Below, in pieces: positions 29,478 through 40,198 of a DNA stretch of 46,610 nucleotides (the first letter of the stretch is position 1; each line of letters begins with the position of its first letter). The notes under the pieces were generated by a model. It worked only from the letters and a program-made list of their open reading frames with translations, ran no database searches and was not told the DNA's origin. The stretch comes from Hydrogenophilales bacterium 17-61-9 (GTDB lineage Bacteria > Pseudomonadota > Gammaproteobacteria > Burkholderiales > Thiobacillaceae). The translations under genes were made by a program, and so were the position numbers. Location of the stretch: contig NCIF01000004.1 in assembly GCA_002256785.1 (NCBI GenBank), positions 1 to 46,610 of the forward strand. Reading direction: 5' to 3'.

Positions 29478-29893
29478 TCTGTTTTAAGCCTGACGTATTC
29501 CTTGAGGATGCAGCGGTCCATCACCACCACCATGCCGCCGGCTTGCGCCTGCAGCGCGGCAGTGTCGGCAACGATGCCTTCCTGTATCCAGATAGAGGGC
29601 AAGTGTAGCGCCAGGCATTGCTCAACGATAGCGGGGAGGTGCTCGGCAGCGCGAAATACATCGACCAGGTCTACCCGAAACGGAATGTCGGCCAGGCTGG
29701 CATAGGCCTTTTCGCCCAGCACTGCGTCCACCAGCGGGCGCACCGGAATGATCCGGTAGCCATACTGTTGCATGGCTTGCGCCACGCGGTAGCCCGGCCG
29801 CGCGGGCTGCGGCGAGAGCCCGATCACGGCAATGGTTTTGACGCGATCGAACAGGGTGCGCAGGGCGGCATCGTCCGGATTGGCAAAGCTCAC
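29474..29893 (-). CDS. CoA-binding protein (YccU-like)
   Basis: [39 protein letters not shown] start at 29893 overlapping the GNAT stop. Confidence 0.88.
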   Translation of the reverse strand: MSFANPDDAALRTLFDRVKTIAVIGLSPQPARPGYRVAQAMQQYGYRIIPVRPLVDAVLGEKAYASLADIPFRVDLVDVFRAAEHLPAIVEQCLALHLPSIWIQEGIVADTAALQAQAGGMVVVMDRCILKEYVRLKTE

Positions 29894-30393
29894 AGTCGTT
29901 GCTCCATGAGGTAATCGTCCATCACAAACCCATTGCCTATATCGAACACCCGCGATTCGACGATGCGGAAGCCGTATTTCCGGTAAGCCGCGATCGCCTG
30001 CGCGTTGCCGCGATTGACTTGCAGCCATAGACGGCCGGCATGCCGTTGCCCGGCCCACTGCCGGATGGCATGCAGCAGTGTCTGGCCGACTCCCCGATGT
30101 TGCGCGTCCGGGTGCACGTAAAGTTTGTCGAGCTTGCAGTCAGCGGGGTCCATCATGGCATGGGCAAACCCGGCCAGCATCAGGTCCTGATGCGCAACCC
30201 ACCAGCCGTGAGCGGAGTCATCCAGTTGCGCGCGAATGCGAGCGGGAGCGTAACGGTCGGACAGCATGGCATCGATTTGCGCCTGCGAAATCAGGGCGGA
30301 ATAGGTTGACTGCCACACCCGTCGCGCCAGCGCACTGACGGGCGCGACATCTTCGGCATTCATCCGCCGCACCTGAAATCGAGCCTCACTCAT
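29890..30393 (-). CDS. GNAT family N-acetyltransferase
   Basis: LDKLYVHPDAQHRGVG (motif A), LQVNRGN..AIAAYRKYGF, DIGNGFVMDDYLM. Confidence 0.9.
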   Translation of the reverse strand: MSEARFQVRRMNAEDVAPVSALARRVWQSTYSALISQAQIDAMLSDRYAPARIRAQLDDSAHGWWVAHQDLMLAGFAHAMMDPADCKLDKLYVHPDAQHRGVGQTLLHAIRQWAGQRHAGRLWLQVNRGNAQAIAAYRKYGFRIVESRVFDIGNGFVMDDYLMEQRL

Positions 30394-31300
30394 ACAGGCT
30401 GGATTCGCCTGGGGGCCGGGTTTTGAAACGGCGGTGCAGCCACAGATACTGTTCAGGCATTTCACGGATGCGTGCCTCGATAAACGTATTCATGCGGGCC
30501 ACATCAACATCCAGGTTGCCGCTCGGATAGTTGTCCCACGGCGGATAAAAACGCACCCGATAACCCCGCCCGCCCGGCAGCTGGGTCGTGATCACCGGGA
30601 CGACCTGCGCGCCGGTGAGTCTGGCCAGGCGCGGCAGCGCCGACACGGTGGCGGCAGGCACGCCGAAGAAGGGCACGAACACGGCATTGTGGCGGCCGTG
30701 GTCCTGGTCCGGCAGGTAGTAAAAGGGCAATCCGGACTTGATGATGCGTAGCGTTGACTGGATTCCCTCGCTGCGCGCGATCAGGACAATATCTGAAAAA
30801 CGCGTACGCCCATGGCGCATGTATCGATCTACCACCGGATTTTTTGCGGGCGCATAGATTGAAGCAATTTGCCGATCCATCGTCAGCCGGACTCCTCCCA
30901 TGTCGAGTCCGACAAAATGCGGCGCTAACCAGATGACCGGGCGCGCACCATCGCCCATTGCCGCCTCGGGATTGTCGACCTGCACCAGGCGGCGTACGCG
31001 CGCCGCCGAACTCCACCACACAATTCCGTGTTCAAGAACCGCTCGGACGGATGCCTGAAAAGTGAGCCGCAGCCAGCGTCTGCGCACGCTTTGGGGGGTG
31101 TCGGGAAAGCACAGGGCAAGGTTGGTGGCAACGATGTGTCGCCGTTTTCCGGGTATCAGCGCCAGCAGCCAGCCGAGTGTGTTGCCCAGTGCTGCCTGAA
31201 GTGGCAGCGGTAACCAATGCACCAGCCACAGCAAGCCAATGCCGGCCCAGACCGGAAGCAGCGAAAGGCGCAAGCGGTTTTCAGCGCGAGCCGGTTTCAT
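30386..31300 (-). CDS. lpxL: Lipid A biosynthesis acyltransferase (LpxL/LpxM family)
   Basis: HFVGLD catalytic HxxxxD, LPDQD, FVPFFG, PEQYLWLHRRFKTRP. Confidence 0.85.
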   Translation of the reverse strand: MKPARAENRLRLSLLPVWAGIGLLWLVHWLPLPLQAALGNTLGWLLALIPGKRRHIVATNLALCFPDTPQSVRRRWLRLTFQASVRAVLEHGIVWWSSAARVRRLVQVDNPEAAMGDGARPVIWLAPHFVGLDMGGVRLTMDRQIASIYAPAKNPVVDRYMRHGRTRFSDIVLIARSEGIQSTLRIIKSGLPFYYLPDQDHGRHNAVFVPFFGVPAATVSALPRLARLTGAQVVPVITTQLPGGRGYRVRFYPPWDNYPSGNLDVDVARMNTFIEARIREMPEQYLWLHRRFKTRPPGESSLYE

Positions 31301-32169
31301 GCTTCGACCGGACTATCCGGAGACGGGGCGCTGCCCGGCCGCTTGTGCCGGTTGTAACTCCACAGATATTGAGCCGGGAACCGCCGAACAACATCCTCCA
31401 CCCCGCGATTGATGCGGATGGCTGCCTGGGTTTTGTCGGCAGGAAAGTCTTCGAGCAGGGGAAAAACATGCAAGTGATAGCCGCGTCCCCAGCTCAGCCG
31501 CTCGGCCACGACAAAAAAAGCAGCTGCACCGGTTTTGCGTTGCAGGCTGGCAGTCAGCGTTGGAGTGTAAGCCGGGCGGCCCAGAAAGGGCGCCCACACG
31601 CCGTCGCCACTGGACGCCACCTGGTCAGGCAAGATGCCTATTGCCTCATGACGCTTGAGTGCGGCCAGTTGCGCGCGCACCCCGGAAAGGTCGGTCGGCA
31701 CCAGCTTCGCCTGCCCGCGCTGGCGTCCGGCCAGCATCAGGTCGCCGAGCACGGCCTGACGCGGCGGCTTGTAGAGGGCGGTGAACGGATGCCTGGACGC
31801 GTAATAGAGGTTGATCATCTCGAAACAGCCGATGTGCGGCGCGATGACGATCACCCCTTTTCCCGCCGCGCGCGCAGCGTCGATATGCGCCCAGCCGCTG
31901 GCGCCCTTGACCAGTTTCAGAACGTCATCATAGGGACGCAGCCATACCGGCAACAACTCGATAATGCCTTTTCCGGCCTCGCCGATGGACTCGCGCAGCA
32001 GGCGCCTGCAATCGCGCCCCGGACTGCACAGGCCGCTATCGAGCACATTGTTGCGCATGCGCCCGGAATGCCGGCCCGGCGCCCAGTAGATAACCCAGCC
32101 GAGCGCGATGCCCAGCCCATGCAGCACGGGCAGGGGCAAACGGGCCAAAAGCTTGAGCAGGAAAATCAC
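31297..32169 (-). CDS. Lysophospholipid / lipid A acyltransferase family protein
   Basis: PHIGCFE, ILPDQV, WAPFLG, PAQYLWSYNRHK. GTG start. Confidence 0.88.
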   Translation of the reverse strand: MIFLLKLLARLPLPVLHGLGIALGWVIYWAPGRHSGRMRNNVLDSGLCSPGRDCRRLLRESIGEAGKGIIELLPVWLRPYDDVLKLVKGASGWAHIDAARAAGKGVIVIAPHIGCFEMINLYYASRHPFTALYKPPRQAVLGDLMLAGRQRGQAKLVPTDLSGVRAQLAALKRHEAIGILPDQVASSGDGVWAPFLGRPAYTPTLTASLQRKTGAAAFFVVAERLSWGRGYHLHVFPLLEDFPADKTQAAIRINRGVEDVVRRFPAQYLWSYNRHKRPGSAPSPDSPVEA

Positions 32170-32171
32170 GC

Positions 32172-32272
32172 GGGCATACGATCTTTCACGCGCTTCAGCG
32201 CGTAGAAAGTCGGAGTCCTCTCACAGGGCATACGACTCCACATGGGCTTCAGCCCATAGTGGATCGGAGTCC
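32172..32272. repeat. Tandem pair of structurally identical hairpin units (REP/BIME-like or structured RNA)
   Basis: Unit 1 (32172-32218): GGGCATACGA T CTTTC ACGCGC TTCA GCGCGT A GAAAG TCGGAGTCC. Unit 2 (32226-32272): GGGCATACGA C TCCAC ATGGGC TTCA GCCCAT A GTGGA TCGGAGTCC. Confidence 0.85.
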
Positions 32273-32283
32273 CCTTGCGGGGA

Positions 32284-32313
32284 TTGACGCTTGGGGACGA
32301 TGCGCGGCACAAT
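32284..32313 (+). promoter_or_regulatory. Candidate sigma70 promoter of metK
   Basis: TTGACG (32284-32289), 18 nt, CACAAT (32308-32313), just upstream of the riboswitch candidate. Confidence 0.5.
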
Positions 32314-32325
32314 GGCCGCTCGAAA

Positions 32326-32382
32326 GCCGCCGCGTTAATCTGGACAACTTGCGGGCGGGATACAAATACAGCTAAAGCGTCG
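32326..32382 (+). ncRNA. SAM-II-like riboswitch candidate in the metK leader
   Basis: P1 CCGCC/GGCGG. The loop strand GACAACUUGC can pair with the 3' strand GCUAAAGCGUC, with an A-rich linker AUACAAAUACA. The UUGC...GCUAAA core resembles SAM-II/SAM-V pseudoknots. Confidence 0.55.
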
Positions 32383-32442
32383 CCGCTCTGTTTGTCCCTC
32401 GAGTCGGTTACGCAATCGGTAACCGGGACTGCAGGAGCTGTC

Positions 32443-33609
32443 ATGCAAAAAGATTTCATTTTCACGTCTGAATCGGTGTCTGAAGGGCATCCCGACAAGA
32501 TGGCGGATCAAGTGTCGGATGCGGTACTCGACGCGATTCTAACCCAGGACAAACATGCGCGCGTGGCGTGCGAGACGCTGCTGACCACGGGCCTGTGCGT
32601 CATCGCCGGCGAAATCACCACCTCGGCGGTGATCGACTACAACCAGATCGCGCGCCAGACCATCAAGCGCATCGGCTACGACTCGTCCGAAATCGGTTTC
32701 GACTACAACACCTGCTCGGTGCTGGTCACCATCGGCAAGCAGTCGCCCGACATCGCGCAGGGGGTGGATCGCGCGCACGACGACAACCTCGATCAGGGCG
32801 CCGGCGACCAGGGGCTGATGTTCGGCTATGCATGCAACGAAACCCCGGTGCTGATGCCGATGCCGATTTATCTTGCGCACCGGTTGACCGAGCGCCAGTC
32901 CGAACTGCGCAAGGACGGCCGTTTGCCGTGGCTGCGCCCGGACGCCAAATCGCAGGTGTCGATCCGCTACGTCGACGGCAAGCCGCATTCCATCGACACG
33001 GTCGTGTTGTCGACCCAGCATGACCCCGATATCTCGCATGCCCAGCTGTCCGAGGCGGTGATCGAGGAAATCATCAAGCCGGTGTTGCCGAAACAGATGC
33101 TGACCGCCGAAACCCGCTATCTGGTCAACCCCACCGGGCGCTTTGTGGTCGGCGGGCCGATGGGCGACGCCGGCCTGACCGGCCGCAAGATTATCGTCGA
33201 TACCTACGGCGGTTCGGCGCCGCACGGCGGCGGCGCGTTCTCCGGCAAGGACCCCTCCAAGGTTGACCGTTCGGCTGCCTACGCCGGGCGCTATGTGGCA
33301 AAGAACATCGTCGCCGCCGGCCTGGCCGACAAGTGCATGGTGCAGGTGAGCTACGCCATCGGCGTGGCCAGGCCGACCTCGCTGATGGTCGATACTTTTG
33401 GCACGGGAAAAATCCCCGAGTCCAAAATTGTCGAACTGATCCTGGCACATTTCGACCTGCGCCCCAAAGGCATCGTCGCGATGCTGGACCTGTTGCGTCC
33501 GATCTACACCCGCACCGCGAGTTACGGCCACTTCGGTCGCGACGAGCCGGATTTCACCTGGGAAGTGACCGGCAAGGCGGCTGAACTCAAGGCCGCCGCC
33601 GGCTTATAG
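32443..33609 (+). CDS. metK: S-adenosylmethionine synthetase
   Basis: [48 protein letters not shown] 32443 after CAGGAG. Confidence 0.98.
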   Translation: MQKDFIFTSESVSEGHPDKMADQVSDAVLDAILTQDKHARVACETLLTTGLCVIAGEITTSAVIDYNQIARQTIKRIGYDSSEIGFDYNTCSVLVTIGKQSPDIAQGVDRAHDDNLDQGAGDQGLMFGYACNETPVLMPMPIYLAHRLTERQSELRKDGRLPWLRPDAKSQVSIRYVDGKPHSIDTVVLSTQHDPDISHAQLSEAVIEEIIKPVLPKQMLTAETRYLVNPTGRFVVGGPMGDAGLTGRKIIVDTYGGSAPHGGGAFSGKDPSKVDRSAAYAGRYVAKNIVAAGLADKCMVQVSYAIGVARPTSLMVDTFGTGKIPESKIVELILAHFDLRPKGIVAMLDLLRPIYTRTASYGHFGRDEPDFTWEVTGKAAELKAAAGL

Positions 33610-33640
33610 TTCGGCGCCGCTGCGGGCCTGTAATCAAACA

Positions 33641-33649
33641 TGGCATAAT
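33641..33649 (+). promoter_or_regulatory. Extended -10 promoter candidate for ahcY
   Basis: TG-G-CATAAT about 35 nt upstream of the SAH riboswitch. Confidence 0.4.
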
Positions 33650-33684
33650 CGCGGTTCCTGATTTTGGGCGAGCGTCTCGCCCCC

Positions 33685-33770
33685 TCGCACTGAGGAGCGC
33701 TGCGACTGTTGCCGGTTTAACCGAAACAACAGCCAGGCTCAGCGCGAGCGACGTTTCAACTGCGCTCGTT
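33685..33770 (+). ncRNA. SAH (S-adenosylhomocysteine) riboswitch
   Basis: GAGGAGCGCUGC...CCAGGCUC...CAACUGCGCUC consensus elements directly upstream of ahcY. Confidence 0.9.
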
Positions 33771-33835
33771 GACTTGCAGCGGTTTTGCGGGCGAACGAGC
33801 ATGCACCCGACCGCTGCCATTCAAGGAGTCTCACC

Positions 33836-35266
<1,431 letters not shown>

Positions 35267-35287
35267 TAGGCTTACCCAAAGGAGGGC

Positions 35288-35638
35288 GTGATGCGTTTAT
35301 TGCTGTTGTGGATTTTGAACGCCGTCGCCCTGCTGGCGGTGACGTATCTGCTGCCCTCGATTCAGGTATCGGGCTTCGGCACAGCGTTGCTTGCGGCGCT
35401 GCTGCTGGGTTTTATCAACACGCTGGTGCGGCCGGTACTGGCTTTGCTCACCCTGCCGATTACGCTGCTGACGCTGGGGATTTTCTACCTGGTGCTGAAC
35501 GGCCTGCTATTCTGGCTGGCCAGCGCGCTGCTCCCCGGATTCCAGGTGCAGGGCTTTGTGTCGGCGATGATCGGCGCGATTCTGTATGGCGTGATCGCCT
35601 GGGTGCTGTCCGCGCTCCTCCCCAACAAACAAGCTTGA
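35288..35638 (+). CDS. 4-TM membrane protein of the YvlD / phage holin superfamily IV type
   Basis: INTLVRPVL.LLTLPITLLTLGIF.LVLNG. Usual position between ahcY and metF. Confidence 0.85.
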   Translation: MMRLLLLWILNAVALLAVTYLLPSIQVSGFGTALLAALLLGFINTLVRPVLALLTLPITLLTLGIFYLVLNGLLFWLASALLPGFQVQGFVSAMIGAILYGVIAWVLSALLPNKQA

Positions 35639-35641
35639 ACC

Positions 35642-36472
35642 ATGACCGAACGTACCTTCAGCTTTGAATTCTTCCCACCCAAGACGGCGGAAGGCATGGA
35701 CAAGCTGCGCGCCACGCGCGACCAGCTTGCGCAACTCAAACCCAAATTTTTCTCCGTCACCTTCGGCGCCGGCGGCTCCACCCGCGACCGCACGCTCGAA
35801 ACCGTGCGCGAGATCCAGGCTTCGGGCAGCGAGGCTGCGCCGCATCTGTCGTGCATCGGCTCGACCGAGGCGAGCATCCGCGACATTCTCAGCGAATACA
35901 AAAGCCAGGGCATCCGCCATCTGGTCGCGCTGCGCGGCGATCAGCCCTCAGGCACCATGGATGCGGGCGAATTCAACTATGCCAATGAACTGGTAAGCTT
36001 TATCCGCCGCGAAACCGGCGACTGGTTCGAGATTGAAGTCGCGGCCTATCCCGAAGTCCACCCGCAGGCACGTTCCCACAGCGAGGATCTCGCCAACTTC
36101 AAGCGCAAGGTCGACGCCGGCGCGGACGCCGCGATCACGCAATATTTCTTCAACGCCGACGCCTACTTTCGCTTTGTCGACGATGCGCGTGCGCTGGGCG
36201 TCGCGCTTCCCATCGTTCCCGGCATCATGCCGATCGGCAACTATGTGCAACTGGCACGCTTTTCCGATGCCTGCGGCGCCGAAATCCCGCGCTGGCTGCG
36301 GAAAAAGCTGGAGACCTACGGCGACGACCTGCCGTCGCTGCGTGCCTTCGGGCTCGATGTGGTGACCGACCTGTGCGAGCGCCTGCTCGCCGGCGGCGCG
36401 CCGGGCCTGCACTTCTACACCATGAATCAGGCTGGGCCGACGACGACCATCTGGCAGCGACTGGGTTTGTAA
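35642..36472 (+). CDS. metF: 5,10-methylenetetrahydrofolate reductase
   Basis: SFEFFPPKT, SVTFGAGGS, ALRGD, AAYPE, ITQYFF, LHFYTMN. Confidence 0.97.
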   Translation: MTERTFSFEFFPPKTAEGMDKLRATRDQLAQLKPKFFSVTFGAGGSTRDRTLETVREIQASGSEAAPHLSCIGSTEASIRDILSEYKSQGIRHLVALRGDQPSGTMDAGEFNYANELVSFIRRETGDWFEIEVAAYPEVHPQARSHSEDLANFKRKVDAGADAAITQYFFNADAYFRFVDDARALGVALPIVPGIMPIGNYVQLARFSDACGAEIPRWLRKKLETYGDDLPSLRAFGLDVVTDLCERLLAGGAPGLHFYTMNQAGPTTTIWQRLGL

Positions 36473-36510
36473 GCCGAACATTGGCATAGGTCGCGGCGCG
36501 ACGCCGGGTA

Positions 36511-36537
36511 TCAATTTTTCCCTCGGCAGGCCGATAC
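36511..36537 (+). promoter_or_regulatory. Candidate sigma28 (FliA) promoter for the GGDEF-EAL gene
   Basis: TCAA (36511-36514), 15 nt, GCCGATAC (36530-36537). Confidence 0.5.
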
Positions 36538-36708
36538 AGTGTTTATCCGGCCTGCTTCACGGCAGGGCCAGGGTTTTCAGCGTCTGTTGCAGGGAGTCGC
36601 CATGCACTTCATTTTCAGCCTGTCTGCGCCGGAATGCCTGATCCCGCACGGGTCGGCAGCCAGGCCACGGTTTTCGGTTCCCTGGCGGCGGCAAACCGGA
36701 ACGCGTAC

Positions 36709-38976
36709 GTGACCGATAAGCAGCCCGCCCAGATTACTTCGACCATTACGTGGATCGCCGGAGCGGTCGCGCTGATCGTCGCCGTGTCCCTGCCCCTGGG
36801 TTACTTCGCCTTGTCCTACCAGTACCAGGTTGGGGAGGTCGGCACCGAGAGTCAGTTCAACGCGAAACGGGTCTCCGAATTCATCAAGGCAAACCCTGAA
36901 AGCTGGCGGACCCAGGAAAGCCGCCTGATTGGTTTTCTGGTCGAGGAGGATCGCACCGAGACGGAATACCCCGAACAGCGCCTGATACTCGGCGCCGGGG
37001 GCGAGAAGATCGCAGTCAGTGGCGCAGCCCTTGTCTCGCCTCCCGTGATCTCGGTGCGTGAGCCGGTCATGGATAGCGGAAAAACGGCGGCGTATTTCGA
37101 GGTCAGCCGTTCGTTGCGCCCCTTGCTCGCGGTAACCGCGCTGGTCGCCCTGTTCGGCCTTGCCTTGGCGGCTGCCCTGTTCGCCGTGCTGAAAATCTTT
37201 CCGCTGCGCGCGCTCAATCGTGCCCTGATCAGTCTGCGCCAATCGGAGCAGCTGTTTAGCCAGGCGTTCCATGCGAGTCCGGATCCCGTGATGATCTGCC
37301 GCGCCGAGGACGGGCGCATCATCAATGTGAACAAGAGCTTTGAACGACTCACCGGGTATACCCTGCTGGAGGTGGTCGGGCGGACCTCCGGCGAAGTGGC
37401 GCTCTGGACCGACGAGGAGGTCATGGCGCACGCCAAGCAGCGCTTGCAACTGGATCAGCCTGTCCACAACCTGGAAATGACGCTGCTTACCAAAAGCGGC
37501 GAGCTTCGGGACATGCGGGTCTCCTCCGAAATAACCGAGATCGGCGACGCGTTCTGCGCGCTCACGGTCGCCCGCGATGTCACCGAACAAAAACGGGCCG
37601 AGCAGCGCATGATCTATCTCGCCAACTACGACCACCTGACCGGGCTTCCCAACCGTGCGCTGTTCCGCGACCGGCTGGCGGGCGCCATGCAGCGGGCGCA
37701 ACGCGCCGAATGCCTGGTCGGCCTGTTGTATCTGGACCTCGATCGCTTCAAGCAGGTCAACGACAGCCTGGGTCATCAGGTTGGGGACCAATTGCTCAAA
37801 CAGGTGGCGGAACGCCTGCGACAGTGCGTGCGGCTCAGCGATACGGTTGCGCTGCCGCCCGTTGCACGGGAGGAATCGTTCGGCAGCACGGTGGCCCGAC
37901 TGGGGGGCGACGAGTTCATCATCGTGCTGGAAGATATCAGGCACATCGACGAGATTGCGTGCATCGCCCAGCGTACGCATTCGGAAATCTCGCAGCCGTT
38001 CGATCTGGGTGGATATCAGGTCTTCGTGGGGGCGAGCATCGGCATTACCGTCTATCCATTCGACGATGACGATCTCGACAATCTGATCCGCAACGCCGAT
38101 GCGGCGATGTACCGGGCGAAAGCCATGGGGCGCAACAATGTCCAGTTTTACACCGGCGACCTCAACGCACATGCCGAGGAACGGCTGTGGCTCGAAACGG
38201 CGCTGCGCCAGGCGCAGGAGCGCAATCAGTTTGAACTGGTCTATCAGCCCAAATTGAATTTGCGCACCAATTTGATTGTGGGCGTTGAGGCATTGCTGCG
38301 CTGGCGCTCGCCACGGAATGGGCTTGTTGCGCCGGACACGTTCATCCCCTTGCTGGAGGAAACGGGCCTGATCGTGCCAGTCGGCGCCTGGGTGCTGCGA
38401 ACCGCATGCGGGCAAGCCGCAGCCTGGGCCCACGCCGGGCTGGACCTGACCATGGCGGTGAACCTGTCACCGCGCCAGTTCTACGATGTGGGGCTGGCCG
38501 CGGTGATCCGGTCCGCGCTCGACGATGCCGGCTTGCCTGCGGACCAGCTCGAACTGGAAGTGACGGAAAGCCTGTTGATGGAAGATAGCGTCAGCAGCCA
38601 GACGGCCCTGGCAAACATCAAACGGATGGGGGTCAAGATATCAATGGATGATTTCGGCACCGGCTATTCATCGCTGGCCTATTTGAAGCGCTTTCCCCTC
38701 GACACACTCAAAATCGATCGCGCCTTCGTCAAGGATGTGGGCGTGGACCTGGACGACACCGCCATCGTGCGTGCGGTGATCGCCCTTTCCCATAATCTGC
38801 GGCTGACTGTCGTCGCGGAAGGGGTGGAGACACGGGAACAATTGGGGTTTCTCCGCGAAGCCCGGTGCGATCAGGCGCAGGGCTACTTCATCAGCCGGCC
38901 GATGGATGCGGCTTCTTTTGAAGCCTGGATGATGGAACATTATGAGGGGCAGACCGCTGGCATGATCCAGGCATGA
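36709..38976 (+). CDS. Membrane-anchored PAS-GGDEF-EAL c-di-GMP metabolism protein
   Basis: Two TM helices, PAS (VNKSFERLTGY), DHLTGLPNR, RLGGDEF, EALLRW, DDFGTGYSS, LKIDRAF, AEGVE, QGY. Start uncertain (36634 or GTG 36709). Confidence 0.92.
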   Translation: MTDKQPAQITSTITWIAGAVALIVAVSLPLGYFALSYQYQVGEVGTESQFNAKRVSEFIKANPESWRTQESRLIGFLVEEDRTETEYPEQRLILGAGGEKIAVSGAALVSPPVISVREPVMDSGKTAAYFEVSRSLRPLLAVTALVALFGLALAAALFAVLKIFPLRALNRALISLRQSEQLFSQAFHASPDPVMICRAEDGRIINVNKSFERLTGYTLLEVVGRTSGEVALWTDEEVMAHAKQRLQLDQPVHNLEMTLLTKSGELRDMRVSSEITEIGDAFCALTVARDVTEQKRAEQRMIYLANYDHLTGLPNRALFRDRLAGAMQRAQRAECLVGLLYLDLDRFKQVNDSLGHQVGDQLLKQVAERLRQCVRLSDTVALPPVAREESFGSTVARLGGDEFIIVLEDIRHIDEIACIAQRTHSEISQPFDLGGYQVFVGASIGITVYPFDDDDLDNLIRNADAAMYRAKAMGRNNVQFYTGDLNAHAEERLWLETALRQAQERNQFELVYQPKLNLRTNLIVGVEALLRWRSPRNGLVAPDTFIPLLEETGLIVPVGAWVLRTACGQAAAWAHAGLDLTMAVNLSPRQFYDVGLAAVIRSALDDAGLPADQLELEVTESLLMEDSVSSQTALANIKRMGVKISMDDFGTGYSSLAYLKRFPLDTLKIDRAFVKDVGVDLDDTAIVRAVIALSHNLRLTVVAEGVETREQLGFLREARCDQAQGYFISRPMDAASFEAWMMEHYEGQTAGMIQA

Positions 38977-39007
38977 CCCGGGCACGCTCGGCAGCCTGCA
39001 TCGCGAA

Positions 39008-40123
39008 TCAGGGCAGGCAGGTCTTCAGCGCCTTCAGGCAATAGTCGACGTTTTCCTGCTTGGCCGAATAGCCCATCAGGCCGATGCGCCAGATTTTGCC
39101 CGACATGTCGCCGAGGCCGGCGCCGATTTCGAGGTTGAATTCGTTCAGCAGACGGGCGCGCACTGCGGCCTCGTCGACCCCTTCGGGCACGTAGATCGAG
39201 TTCAACTGCGGCAGGCGGGCGGATGCCTCGACCACGTAGTTGAGCCCCATGCCTTCGAGCCCGGCCTTGAGTTTTTCGTGCATCGCGCGGTGGCGCGCCC
39301 AGGCGTTTTCCAGGCCTTCTTCTTCGAGGATCACCAGCGCTTCGTGCAGGCCGTACATCGGGTTGATCGGCGCGGTGTGGTGGTAGGTGCGTTTGCCGGC
39401 GGACTGCCAGTAGCCCAACACCAGATTCAGATCGAGGAACCAGCTTTGCACGACGGTGGTGCGCGCCTTGATGCGGGCGATGGCCCGCTCGGAAAACGAC
39501 ACGGGCGACAGGCCGGGGGTGCACGACAGGCATTTCTGGCTGCCGGAATACACCGCGTCGATGCCCCATTTATCCATGTAAAGCGGGGTGCCGCCGAGAC
39601 TGGTGACGCAGTCCATGATGGTGAGGGCGCCAAATTCCTGCGCAATTTTTCCCAGTGCTTCGGCGTCCGACTGCGCGCCGGTCGAAGTCTCGGCATGGAC
39701 GAAGGCGAGCATTTTGGCATCGGGATTGGCTTTGAACGCATCGCGTACTTTTTGCGGGTCGACCGCTGCGCCCCAGGCGTCGTCGACCACCACCGGCACG
39801 CCACCGCAGCGCTTGACGTTTTCCAGCATGCGCCCGCCGAACACGCCGTTGCGGCACACGATGACCTTGTCGCCCGGCTCCACCAGGTTGACGAAACACA
39901 TTTCCATGCCCGCCGAACCGGGCGCGGAAACCGGGAAGGTCAGCGCGTTTTCGGTCTGGAACGCCATCCGCAACATGGCCTTGATCTGCTCCATCAGGTC
40001 GACGAAAGCGGGATCGAGGTGGCCGATGGTCGGACGCGCCATGGCGTCGAGAATGCGCTGCGGCACGTCGGAGGGGCCGGGGCCCATGAGGATGCGCTTG
40101 GGGGGGATGAAGGAAGTCGTCAT
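39008..40123 (-). CDS. Alanine-glyoxylate / serine-pyruvate aminotransferase (class V PLP enzyme)
   Basis: LMGPGPS, VHAETSTG, DCVTSLGG, SGSQKCL (PLP lysine), YHHTAP, WRIGLMG. Confidence 0.93.
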   Translation of the reverse strand: MTTSFIPPKRILMGPGPSDVPQRILDAMARPTIGHLDPAFVDLMEQIKAMLRMAFQTENALTFPVSAPGSAGMEMCFVNLVEPGDKVIVCRNGVFGGRMLENVKRCGGVPVVVDDAWGAAVDPQKVRDAFKANPDAKMLAFVHAETSTGAQSDAEALGKIAQEFGALTIMDCVTSLGGTPLYMDKWGIDAVYSGSQKCLSCTPGLSPVSFSERAIARIKARTTVVQSWFLDLNLVLGYWQSAGKRTYHHTAPINPMYGLHEALVILEEEGLENAWARHRAMHEKLKAGLEGMGLNYVVEASARLPQLNSIYVPEGVDEAAVRARLLNEFNLEIGAGLGDMSGKIWRIGLMGYSAKQENVDYCLKALKTCLP

Positions 40124-40198
40124 AACCTTGGTCTCAATGTGGAAAACGTCAACTAAAACAAGGGCTTGATTTTACGGGCAAACGGCGTTGGCCGGAAA

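Noticed and set aside
32172-32272. The tandem units as a mini-CRISPR
   Set aside because: There are only two units, the variable parts are self-complementary stems rather than spacers, and no cas genes are present.
32166-32498. 110-aa minus-strand ORF across the metK leader
   Set aside because: It overlaps the metK start, riboswitch candidate and hairpin repeats; probably a chance frame.
35288-35638. Holin-family gene as evidence of a prophage
   Set aside because: There are no phage genes nearby; this family commonly sits between ahcY and metF.
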